A stretch of 63,006 nucleotides of DNA, counting the filler, from Octopus bimaculoides (lineage: Eukaryota): the NCBI RefSeq assembly GCF_001194135.2. It is 4 parts of 4 records of this genome, joined end to end, with 100 filler letters (N's around TTAATTAATTAA, not from the genome) between each part and the next. Parts side by side here need not be neighbours in the genome. Positions count along the whole stretch, not along the records: positions 38,278 to 55,673 come from NC_068990.1; positions 55,774 to 63,006 come from NC_068984.1; 2 more parts are not named here. One strand, written 5' to 3'. The notes below the pieces were generated by a model. The model saw nothing but the letters and a program-made list of their open reading frames with translations, had not been told where the DNA came from and ran no database searches. The position numbers were made by a program, and so were the translations under genes. Positions within the stretch are counted from its first letter, which is position 1. Every line of letters starts with the position of its first letter. Below, piece after piece: positions 52,524 through 63,006 of the stretch.

Positions 52524-53144
52524 NNNNNNNNNNNNNNNNNNNNNNNNNNNNNNNNNNNNNNNNNNNNNNNNNNNNNNNNNNNNNNNNNNNNNNNNNNNNN
52601 NNNNNNNNNNNNNNNNNNNNNNNNNNNNNNNNNNNNNNNNNNNNNNNNNNNNNNNNNNNNNNNNNNNNNNNNNNNNNNNNNNNNNNNNNNNNNNNNNNNN
52701 NNNNNNNNNNNNNNNNNNNNNNNNNNNNNNNNNNNNNNNNNNNNNNNNNNNNNNNNNNNNNNNNNNNNNNNNNNNNNNNNNNNNNNNNNNNNNNNNNNNN
52801 NNNNNNNNNNNNNNNNNNNNNNNNNNNNNNNNNNNNNNNNNNNNNNNNNNNNNNNNNNNNNNNNNNNNNNNNNNNNNNNNNNNNNNNNNNNNNNNNNNNN
52901 NNNNNNNNNNNNNNNNNNNNNNNNNNNNNNNNNNNNNNNNNNNNNNNNNNNNNNNNNNNNNNNNNNNNNNNNNNNNNNNNNNNNNNNNNNNNNNNNNNNN
53001 NNNNNNNNNNNNNNNNNNNNNNNNNNNNNNNNNNNNNNNNNNNNNNNNNNNNNNNNNNNNNNNNNNNNNNNNNNNNNNNNNNNNNNNNNNNNNNNNNNNN
53101 NNNNNNNNNNNNNNNNNNNNNNNNNNNNNNNNNNNNNNNNNNNN

Positions 53145-53184
<40 letters not shown>

Positions 53185-53370
53185 TGTATGCGTGTATATA
53201 TGTATTTATGTATACGTATATAAATTAATATATATGTACATTAATTTATAGATACAGATATAGATAGATGCATATATATAAATATATGTATACGTGTGTA
53301 CACACACGCGAGCACACCCTTATATATATGGATAGTGCTTCCCTTTCCAAGAACATCTAGGGGAGCTATA

Positions 53371-53404
<34 letters not shown>

Positions 53405-54097
53405 CGGGCGCGTGATAATATGATACAGAAATTCATAAACGACAATAAACTCAGACGAGATTGGTTTGAAAATAAACCTTTGGGAAAACTTGCTGTAATT
53501 ACCTTTTGTAAATATATCGACAATAAATCAATGTGTGTTCTCCAATCCCCTCGCTATCCGTACGTTTCTATCAATCAATCTATCTGTCTATCTATCTATA
53601 AATAGCAAAATAGGTGCTAACTAATTGGTGTTCTGACATATGTAAATATGGACAAGACACATGTAGCTTAGACATCGTGCCAAATATTTCGTTCGCCATT
53701 CGCCGTGGCCACTTTCTATTCTCAAGCGTGTATTGCAGTGCGTGTGATTGGGCGTGTAGGCATGCGTGTATATATATATATACATACGTACGTACATACA
53801 TATATATATATATNNNNNNNNNNNNNNNNNNNNNNNNNNNNNNNNNNNNNNNNNNNNNNNNNNNNNNNNNNNNNNNNNNNNNNNNNNNNNNNNNNNNNNN
53901 NNNNNNNNNNNNNNNNNNNNNNNNNNNNNNNNNNNNNNNNNNNNNNNNNNNNNNNNNNNNNNNNNNNNNNNNNNNNNNNNNNNNNNNNNNNNNNNNNNNN
54001 NNNNNNNNNNNNNNNNNNNNNNNNNNNNNNNNNNNNNNNNNNNNNNNNNNNNNNNNNNNNNNNNNNNNNNNNNNNNNNNNNNTATATATATATATAT

Positions 54098-54146
<49 letters not shown>

Positions 54147-55082
54147 AAGAAAGAGATAGAGAGATAGAGAGAGAGATACGTGTGTGTATGTGTGTAGAGG
54201 GTGATGTCACATGGGTGCTACTGGTGACACGGAATCCAATACAATCTGTTGCATCTTCAGTTCATCGGCGACTAAATCGGCACGTTACTAGGATTGCCTG
54301 GTGAAGAGGTTTGCTAGAAACCCAACAGGACAAAAATCAAGACATGTTAAGAGGACAGGTGAAGCTAGCATAGATTCAACGACTACCTTGTAATAGCGCA
54401 GACCATCAGAAATTCGGGTTGCAGGAAAACTACTGGCAGTGAGGTACTACTCAGCTTCTCTTAAAGAATGTCTTTTGGAGAAACTCATTCTGATATAAAA
54501 CTAGATATGCAGAGAAAGATATTGAAAAATTTCGGGATCTTTTGCTTCTATTTGCGATAACAGCGTTCTCACATTCCTGAACCTGCGACCAATACTGGCA
54601 CTGAATATCTTGTCCTAACTTGTCAGTAGTGTGGAGAGGGTCTGTGAGGTGTTGTGGAAACCTTATTGATCCTAAAATTTTAGTTTTGGAAATTGCCGGT
54701 GATGCAAATATCAGACACCCTGTCAAGCAGGAAGGCGCTTGTGCGTGCTAGGAAACTGCGGACGCGAACCAGGGTGAAACCGATTGCTGGTGCATTAACC
54801 TCAGACTCAGGCATTGCTGGCTTTATGCATGGGCAATGGTCAGTGAAGTTATTCGTCGGTCATGAGTGGACAACCATTATCCTTTCTAGTAACAACAACG
54901 TCACCAGCTTCGGCTGTGGTAGCACATGCAATACACAGGCACGAAAATATGTCGATTCAACCGTGCCTTCTTTTAAGTAACGTTTCAACAACCACAAGTC
55001 CTCTTTTAGGATATCGAAGCGGCGCAACATCATTTCTCTAGCCAGCCATGTGTGACGCTTAAAAGACGAAGGAACTCTATAC

Positions 55083-55190
55083 ATGATTAAATTGAAGTTC
55101 CTTGAACAACCGGGGCCTTATATGAACGGGAACAAACGATGCAAGATTTGTTTGGCAGAAAAGGCAAAATCCTAAATAAAAACTCGCCTT
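55083..55190 (+). mobile_element. Small Penelope-like GIY-YIG C-terminal fragment
   Basis: IKLKFLEQPGPYMNGNKRCKICLAEK matches the PY..G.KRC.LCL.EK motif. Confidence 0.7.
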
Positions 55191-55673
55191 GTTACGCAAA
55201 ATTTCATGCAGCTGATGGAAACATTATAGTTTACAGTACGTGCCTTATTCGAGTAGTATATTTCACACATTTTTTGTACCTTTACGTTCACATGCATGCG
55301 TGTATGTATTTAAATATGCGCGGCGTGAGTGTGAATATATATATATATATATATATATATGAAAGAAGGTTTGAAAATGCACTTGTTTTTTTTAAAATAT
55401 TTATTTACTTAACCGGTTTCACTTTTTTAGAAAAAGTTTATCAAAATCTTTGAGAATAATAAAAAATGTTAAAAAACAGTTCGAGAATTAAAATGCATTT
55501 ATACATTCTTTGATGATAAAATATATTTAAAGTATAAAGCTTTGTATGAACTTTGTATTGTTACATACTGATTATCACACATTCTCTGATATTAAAATGA
55601 AAATGTTAAAAAGAGTGTATGAAAATACACATATGGAAAAATACATATACATATTCTTATACATATTCTTTGA

Positions 55674-55773
55674 NNNNNNNNNNNNNNNNNNNNNNNNNNN
55701 NNNNNNNNNNNNNNNNNTTAATTAATTAANNNNNNNNNNNNNNNNNNNNNNNNNNNNNNNNNNNNNNNNNNNN
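55674..55773. other. Artificial 100-bp assembly spacer
   Basis: N44-TTAATTAATTAA-N44. Confidence 0.93.
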
Positions 55774-56050
55774 GTATCTAAAGCGTCCCCTTTACCTTTG
55801 TAGCAGTTGACTATGATGCTGCTACACCAGTCATAGGGTATGACTCCTTCGTGTATCACCTGGTTCGTAATACGGGTGACTAGGCTATAGCCAACACTGC
55901 CAGATATTTTGAGCATCTCTGCAGTGATTCCTGATGGGCCGGGGGCTTTCCCGGTCTTCATACTCTTAATTGCTTTATCTACCCTGGTACTATCAACTCG
56001 GATAGCTGGTCCCTCTATTGGGTCGACATAAGGCAGGCTCTCTTTCTCCC
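55774..56050 (-). mobile_element. RTE-clade LINE reverse transcriptase fragment
   Basis: VDKAIKSMKTGKAPGPSGITAEMLK...IPYDWCSSIIVNCYKGKGDALD (RT domain 0 region). Truncated by the assembly spacer. Confidence 0.88.
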
Positions 56051-56584
56051 ATTCATTCATACATACATATATATATATATATATACATACATATATACAT
56101 ACATATATATATATATATACATACATATATATATATTCACCCATTTAGCATACTGATTTTTTTGTCAAATGTAATGCTTATTTTTTTTTTTCACATTGTT
56201 TTGAATTTATCGTGCATTATCTTGTAGCTTCAAGAATTCAATGAAGTGACTGTTTATTTTGATAATGACATTGTAGAGTAGATGTGAAAGGTCAGATCTT
56301 GCCAGTTTGAGCATAGAACAGGTAGAATATTTGGGCTGGATGTGGTTGGCTTAAATGCTAAAGCTTAAACCATTATGTTATTCCTTTGTGTAAATCACAT
56401 TAACTTCCTCGCTCTACTGTCCCAGACTAATGAAATATAGGTTCCAGTCTTATCTTAATGACAAATCAGTTAGCAGTAAAAAGGACACTTGCTCCAACAT
56501 AAAAACACACCCTACCCTTATAAGCAGTGACAAGGAAAACAAAATAAGAGACAAATAAAGATTGATGTATTCTAAATCTTGAGA

Positions 56585-56745
56585 AGCGTAGGAGTGGCTG
56601 TGTGGTAAGTAGCTTGCTACCAACCACATGGTTCCGGGTTCAGTCCCACTGCATGGCACCTTGGGCAAGTGTCTTCTACTATAGCCTCAGGTCAACCAAA
56701 GCCTTGTGAGTGCATTTGGTAAATGAAAACTGAAAGAAGCACGTC

Positions 56746-56804
<59 letters not shown>

Positions 56805-57018
56805 CGTATATGTTTGTGTGTCTATGTTTGTTCCCCCAACATTGCTTGACAACCGATGGTGGTGTGTTTACGTCCCCGTAACCTAGCGGTTAGGCAAAAG
56901 AGACCGATAGAATAAGTACTAGGCTTACAAAGAATAAGTCCTGGGGTCAATTTGCTCGACTAAAGGTGGTGCTCCAGCATGGCCGCAGTCAAATGACTGA
57001 AACAAGTAAAAGCATAAA
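56585..57018 (+). mobile_element. SINE family B (tRNA-headed, internal microsatellite), full length
   Basis: GGAGTGGCTGTGTGGTAAG...GGTTCCGGGTTCAGTCCC head, internal (TA)n(GT)n, tail ...GACTGAAACAAGTAAAAG. Confidence 0.88.
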
Positions 57019-57328
57019 AGCGTAAAGGCTTTTGAAATCTGATGTTTAGTTTCAGTTTCATAGACAAGATGTCAGTCTATGTTTATATGTAACATTCCCT
57101 GATGGTTTCTATTTACTTCAGACAGAAATGAGGTAATGTAAAAAAAAAAGGGTTCTGTCCAGAAACATCATGAAACGCCAACAATAGATCTGTACATGAG
57201 ACTCTGGACAGATACTTGTATAGCAAAATAGTCTTAGAATAAGATGGTGACAATTGCATTCATTGTAATGTAGTGATTAATAAAAGTCTGACAAAAATTC
57301 TTTAAAAAAAATTTTTTTTTTTTTTTAC

Positions 57329-57490
57329 CTTGTGTTTCTGAAGTGCTTCTTCTGCATGGTCACCACTGGCCAACTTTTGTCTGTTTTGTTCGACGATAAC
57401 TTTCGCTTCATTAATGGAGTCATGGAAATGAGATTTTTTATAGTGAAACTCTAAATACATTTGCCTGGCAGGAATTTGGGATTCCAGTTC
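57329..57490 (-). CDS. Internal exon (54 aa, phase 0-0) of the same spectrin-repeat gene; the gene continues beyond it
   Basis: Acceptor tttatttttgttttgaAG, donor AAG|GTAAAA, 162 nt encoding ELESQIPARQMYLEFHYKKSHFHDSINEAKVIVEQNRQKLASGDHAEEALQKHK, in frame with the two upstream exons. Confidence 0.87.
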
Positions 57491-57559
57491 CTTCAAAACA
57501 AAAATAAATAGAAACAAGAGATCAGATAAATAAAAGAGTTTCCTTTTTCATTTTAATTA

Positions 57560-57850
57560 GCTAGGCAGCTAATTATAACTTCAGTGATTGTTCAATTACT
57601 GTCTTCCTATATCTGTAGTGATGGATTTTGTCTTAGCATGTGGTTGCCAGTGAGTACATGCTACTGACAAAGCACAAAGAAGCAGAAATGTGTGTCTAAC
57701 ACTCTCAATGCCCAGCTGAATGACATTCATGCTACTCATACATTTGTGTTTTTAAACACAGTACGTTCGTAGGGGATATTATCTCAAGATGAAAACTGAA
57801 AATTAATTTGCCTTTCACAATATATTTGCATTAAGCATTAAATATGATGT
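57560..57850. repeat. About 290-bp diverged direct repeat, partner at about 58540-58830
   Basis: Shared blocks TTTTGTCTTAGCATG, TGACAAAGC.CAA.GA.GCAGAAATG and ATTTGTGTTTTTAAACA. Confidence 0.7.
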
Positions 57851-57864
57851 GATATATATATATA

Positions 57865-58490
57865 TCGTGATCGTTGCCAGAGCCACGGATTGGCTCCCGT
57901 GCCAGTGGCACATAAAAAGCACCATTCAAACATGATCGTTGCCAGCGTCGCTTTACTGGCACATGTGCCAGTGGCACGTGAAAAACAACTGAGTGGGATT
58001 ACAGTAGAGAGGGAGGCAGCTTTATGCTAGGTGATGAAAGGTTAAAGTATGAAGGAAGGAGCTAGAACAGGTTTCTTACTGCAGAGGAGATACATAGCTA
58101 CTCAATTATACAAGAGTGAGTGAGAGTAATTAGTGTAAAGCAGGGAAAAAGAGATAAAGATAAGGGTGACAAGATGACAGGGTGGGCCCTAGGCAGAAGA
58201 AAAAGTGTGGCTGTTGCCAATGCCGCCGCACCGGCTCCCATGTAGGTAGCACGTGAAAACACCTTTTGAGTGTGGTCATTGCCAGAACCTCTTGACTGGC
58301 CCTCATGCCGGTGGCAGGTAAAAGCACCCACTACACTCTTGGAGTGGTTGGCGTTAGGAGGGGCATCCAGCTGTAGAAACTTTGCCAGATCAGATTGAGC
58401 CTGGTGCAGCCTTCTGGCTCACCAGTCATCAGTCAAACTGTCCAACCCATGCCAGCATGGAAAGCAGATATTAAACGTAGATGATGATGA
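57865..58490 (+). mobile_element. SINE family C copy interrupted by a 219-bp insertion
   Basis: SINE sequence at 57865-57985 and 58205-58490 flanks the insert. Confidence 0.8.
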
Positions 58491-59430
58491 GATACATTGC
58501 TTTTGTTGCACATAATGCATTTTTATTCAACCAGGTGGCTAACTGCAACCTCAGTGATTTTTTTTAACCACTGGTTTCCTATATAAGTAGTGACAAATTT
58601 TGTCTTAGCATGCAGTCGGCAGTGGGTGTGTGCAATTGACAAAGCCCAAGGAGGCAGAAATGCACATGTGGCATTCTTACAGCTGCTGCTGTATGAATTT
58701 CATTAACTACTGGTATATTTGTGTTTTTAAACATGGTATTTCCATAAGAGCTGTTATCTCTGAATGAACACCTCAGTTAATTAGCTTTTCATGATGTATT
58801 TGTATTAAGTATGATACAGAGATGACTATTTTATTTTCAGCTTCATAAAAATAGAGTTGTATTCAAAGCTTGTAAGAACCATATTAGTAAGGCTGATACT
58901 GTTGTTTAGACGCAAGTCAATCCTGACTGAGCAGTAGAGCACTGAACTGAATGCCCTGTGGTATTTTTCCTAAGTCCCTTCACTCTGAGTTCTAACCTCG
59001 AGGTCAATTTTGCATTTCATTCTTTCATTCATCCATCATCGCTTTAACATCCACTTTTCCATTCTTGCATAGGTCAAACAGAGTTTATTAAGGCAGATTC
59101 TTCTACAGCTGGATGCCTTTCCTGTCACCAACACTCATCTGTTTCCAGACAAAGTAATATTTCTTCATGGCCAGACATGTTTTCACAGAATATTGGAAAT
59201 GAATGAATGAAGGACACTGCTTGTATAACATTGATTGTTTACAGCCATCATATGATGCCATGACAAGGAAACACACACACACACACAAGTGTACCTATTT
59301 CTGAGACAATAAAAAATACCAATTTTGATTGGTGAAACAGAGTATGATGAGTACGCAGTATACTGGGTGTTTTTTCATGGTACCAGCATTAGTGAGGTCC
59401 CCATGTAAATTAAAAGCCTAAGATCACTTT

Positions 59431-59770
59431 CAACTGAGTGGGATTACAGTACAGAGGGAGGCAGCTTTATGCTAGGTGATGAAAGGTTAAAGTATGAAGG
59501 AAGGAGCTAGAACAGGTTTCTTACTGCAGGGGTAATACATAGCTACTCAATTATACAAGAGTGAGTGAGAGTAATTAGTGTAAAGCAGGGAAAAAGAGAT
59601 AAAGATGAGGGTGACAAGATGACAGGGTGGGCCCTAGGCAGAAGAAAAAGAAGGATGGATATGTAGAAGTTGCACGGTTGTATGGTAAGAGTGAGGTGTA
59701 GTTTCAGATGAGTAAATATAGAGACTGGTGAACAAGGATATAGTAAGTCCTGTCTCAATCCTAGGTTTCC
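59431..59770 (-). mobile_element. Probable old LINE 3' remnant (CR1/Jockey-like)
   Basis: Only weak, frameshifted resemblance to the R.T.S..HP...LPR C-terminal motif. 219 bp of it is duplicated at 57986-58204. Confidence 0.35.
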
Positions 59771-60104
59771 ACTCAGTTTCCATGGGATGTAAGTAACTAA
59801 GATCACATCATTCCCTCTGAATAGCGAGTCAGTCCATTGCAGAGGTTCTCATTTACAGCTGAGTGAACTGAGGCAATAGGAAATGAAGTGTTTTCCTCAA
59901 AAACACAACACAATTTTGCAATAGGGGATGCATGCACACCCAAGCCATTAGACCATGTAGCTTCACACAAGGGTGTTAATTATGTGAGTGAATGGGAGGG
60001 AGGAGATTGAGAGTGAGTAAAGGGAAGAAAAAGAAAGAAATATATATGCCAGATAAATGATTTTTTGATGCCTGATCAGTTGGATATATATTTCTTTCTA
60101 CTAT

Positions 60105-60290
60105 AGGTATAAAACCAAAATTTTTGTTGGGTGGGGGTAGTCGATTACATCAACCCCCAGTGCTCAACTGGTATTTATTTTATCAATCCTGAAAAGATGA
60201 AAGGCAAAGGTGACCCCAGCAGTATTTGAACTTAGAATGTAAAGACAGACAAAATGCCCAGTATGCTAACAATTCTGCCAGCTTGCTGTT
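60105..60290 (-). mobile_element. SINE family A copy, CpG-decayed, intronic
   Basis: Aligns to family A with most CpGs changed to TpG/CpA. Confidence 0.8.
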
Positions 60291-60327
60291 TCGATCAGTT
60301 TGATCTATATTAAAACAATAAACTTAC

Positions 60328-60465
60328 CTTTAGTTTATTTTTAGTCTTGTTAACAGTCTCATTTATCTGGGGAGCTTCATAACCGGGTATAAGTCGTAGC
60401 AACTGAATACTAGATTCATGGAAATCCTTCCAAAGAACATCACCAGTGTTGCCATCAAAAAACTT
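60328..60465 (-). CDS. Internal exon (46 aa, phase 0-0) of the same spectrin-repeat gene
   Basis: Acceptor ctttttctcatgcAG, donor AAG|GTAAGT, 138 nt encoding KFFDGNTGDVLWKDFHESSIQLLRLIPGYEAPQINETVNKTKNKLK. Joins in frame to the previous exon to give ...KKHK-KFF, a pattern typical of nesprin-type repeats. Confidence 0.88.
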
Positions 60466-60514
60466 CTGCATGAGAAAAAGAAAATAAAAGAATAAAACAA
60501 TGATTTTGTTAATA

Positions 60515-60705
60515 TTGGTTTCAAATTTTGGCACAATGCCAGCAATCTTGGGGGAGGGGTAAGTTGGTTATACTGACCCTAGTGTTCAACCGATATTTAT
60601 TTTATAAACTTCAAAAGGATGAAAGGCAAAATCAACTTTGGTGGGATTTGAACTCAGAACATAGAGACAGACAAAATGCCGCTAAGCATTTTGCCTGGCA
60701 TGTCA
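60515..60705 (-). mobile_element. SINE family A copy, CpG-decayed, intronic
   Basis: Aligns to family A; lies about 50 bp upstream of the 60465 acceptor. Confidence 0.8.
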
Positions 60706-60729
60706 TTCCTTTTTCTATTTTTTTTTCCA

Positions 60730-60888
60730 GGCGTTAGGAAGGGCATCCAGCTGTAGAAACTCTGCCGAATTAGATTGGAGCCTGGTGTAGCCATCTGGTT
60801 GCACCAGTCCTCAGTCAAATCGTCCAACCCATGCTAGCATGGAAAGCGGAAGTTAAACGATGATGATGATGATGATGATGATGATGAT
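60730..60888 (+). mobile_element. SINE family C 3' part
   Basis: GGCGTTAGGAAGGGCATCCAGCTGTAGAAAC...GTTAAACGATGATGATG tail. Confidence 0.85.
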
Positions 60889-61647
60889 ATATATATATAT
60901 GTAGCATTGAATTGTTTGGTTTCTTGTTCTAAAAAATATATCTAGAACCACTTTATCAAATGAGTCCTTTCCCAATTTTTTCTGAGATATGATATACAAA
61001 GGCCAATTTAACAGCTATTTCAAGCAGGCTGGCAACTATGTAGTGGGTCAAGCCCTCACTGGTTCTCACACCATTCAGTATTTAGAGAAGAACTATTAAA
61101 AAAAACAAACAATCTGTGTTAGGAAAAGCATCTATCTGTTAAATTCTTGCTTCAACAGCCAATGCAAACATATCTATTTAGAACTTTTCAGGGAATTCTA
61201 AACCAATAAATCACTTGTTCCTTCTATATGGTATTGAGTTCTTTCCAAGATATTTAGTTACTAAACAAGATCAAAATAGTAAGATCAACAGGTAGAAAAG
61301 CACAGATAATTGACAGCTCTCACAGATGTTTTATAAAAAAAAGAAAACTAACGCTCACAGCCCATGCAATGGCTTATTTTCCTTATTTATTTTCCTGTGC
61401 TTGCAATGATAAAATGGTTTGAGCAAATGTAAATGTTTTTATACATGTACGCCATTCTTATCATTAATCATTCAATTGTGAAGTAAGAGCAGAACTTTTT
61501 TCTTATTTCTTGTTCTGCCAGTACACTAAACAAAGAAAGATATAAGTATTAGAAGTATAACACAATACATAACAGCAGTAAGATTTCAATTTACACTGTC
61601 ATCACCTGGCACAAAGCCAACTCCTTCAATACCACTGGTATCACATA

Positions 61648-62125
61648 AAAAGCAGCCAGTCTACTCTGTAGAGTGTTTGGTGTTAGCAAAGGCATGCAGC
61701 TATAAAAAAAAAATCACACCAAAACAGACCTTGCCAGTTCCGATTCCACAGAAAAAGCACCCACTACACTCAGCGAAGTGGTAGGCATTAGGAAGGACAT
61801 CCAGCCATAAAAACCATAACAAAGCAGATTTTGCCAGTGCTGGTACCATGTAAAAAGCAACAAGTTCACTCTGTAAAGTGGCTGGTATTAGGAAGGGCAT
61901 CCAGCTATAAAAAAACTTTGCTAAAATGAACTTTGCTAGTTCTGGTTCCACATAAAAAGCACCCAGTTCACTTTGTAAAGTGATTGGCATTAGGAAGAGC
62001 ATCCAACCATAAAAACCATGCCAAAACAGACATTGGAGCTTGGTGCAGTCCTCTGGCTTGCCAGCTCCTGTCAAACCATCCAACCCATGCCAGCATGGAA
62101 GACAAACATTAAAAGGTGATGAGGA
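61648..62125 (+). mobile_element. SINE family C derivative with four tandem about 100-bp internal units
   Basis: AAAAAGCA...TTAGGAAG..CATCCAGC.ATAAAAA unit starts near 61648, 61751, 61851 and 61953; the last runs into the normal 3' tail. Confidence 0.8.
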
Positions 62126-62213
62126 TTAAGGTCAGAAATCCAAACCTATCACCAAATTCACTGGAAATTGAAGTATGTAAATTTTAAAAAATAAAGGAGA
62201 TAGATTTAAAAAC

Positions 62214-62381
62214 CTTATGCTTTTTAATTAGATCAGGAATGTCATCATCAGAGTCTGCAAGGACTTCTCGAGCTTGCTCTATCCAATCATCCATTTGCTG
62301 GTATCGCTGGCAATATAACTGCCAAAGTTGAAAGGCTTCTTCAAGCTTCTTTTCACTCTCACTTGCTGAGCTGTTCAATGT
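62214..62381 (-). CDS. Internal exon (56 aa, phase 0-0) of a spectrin-repeat protein, nesprin-1/MSP-300-like
   Basis: Acceptor ttgtgttattgcAG and donor AAG|GTTTTT bound 168 nt encoding TLNSSASESEKKLEEAFQLWQLYCQRYQQMDDWIEQAREVLADSDDDIPDLIKKHK. The helical pattern with conserved Trp fits a spectrin repeat. Family assignment is from memory of the motif, not from a search. Confidence 0.88.
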
Positions 62382-62798
62382 CTGCAATAACACAAACGAG
62401 AAATTTAACAGAAATATTCAAAAAAATGGACACAGATAGATGAAAGTGAAACTTATCTAAAAATACATTCAACTTATTGAGTGATCTTAGAAATATAATT
62501 TGTTTTTTATTAATAATAAAGTTGTAGAAGCTGCTCTCTAAAGTTGGAATGTAAATTTGTTTGAAGTTATTTATTGTGCCTCAAGTGTAACAACTTCAAA
62601 AATACTATATTGTTGAGCAGATATGGTATGTGAAGATAATTTAAGGTTAGAATAAACAAGCACAGAACGATACACATACAACTTCATATAGTTATATAAG
62701 TACATACACACACAAAAAAAAAATATAGACACATACAAACACACATATACAAACACACACACACAGATAACCGCATATACATCATGTATGACAGCACT

Positions 62799-63006
62799 CA
62801 TCATCATCATCATCATCATCGTTTAACGTCCGCTTTCCATGCTAGCATGGGTTGGACGATTTGACTGAGGACTGGTGAAACCGGATGGCAACACCAGGCT
62901 CCAGTCTGATTTGGCAGAGTTTCTACAGCTGGATGCCCTTCCTAACGCCAACCACTCAGAGAGTGTAGTGGGTGCTTTTACGTGTCACCCGCACGAAAAC
63001 GGCCAC
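62799..63006 (-). mobile_element. SINE family C with (GAT)n tail, young copy cut by the window end
   Basis: (CAT)n-CGTTTAACGTCCGCTTTCCATGCTAGCATGGGTTGGACG...; CpGs retained. Confidence 0.85.

Noticed and set aside
54190-55080. ORFs of 91, 95 and 74 aa upstream of the small PLE fragment
   Set aside because: No motif recognised, no splice signals; not spectrin-like.

Overview
63-kb piece of an AT-rich, microsatellite-saturated animal genome, about 10% N. It is most likely a cephalopod (octopus); this is an inference from the SINE families, repeat landscape and gene content. Recognisable genes: three phase-0 exons of a large spectrin-repeat (nesprin-1/MSP-300-like) gene on the minus strand at 57.3-62.4 kb, and the first coding exon of a claudin/PMP22-family tetraspan gene at 10.7 kb (+), with only tentative downstream exons. 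The rest is transposon debris: at least four SINE families, a full-length decayed mariner, Tc1 and mariner fragments, a Chapaev3-like fragment, several hAT/TcMar MITEs with target-site duplications, and RTE, Dong/R4 and Penelope-like (PLE) retroelement fragments. Almost all long ORFs in the supplied track are artefacts of microsatellites or N runs. Most interesting: (1) four hammerhead-ribozyme-like motifs, one in a composite tRNA-headed short element with inverted end repeats (candidate Pol III-driven, PLE-mobilised ribozyme SINE) and one in a 360-bp-period diverged duplication (retrozyme-like); (2) an abrupt CpG-depletion boundary at about 55.3-56.1 kb, recorded by SINE copies, which coincides with an artificial 100-bp assembly spacer and with the point where the spectrin gene can no longer be followed.
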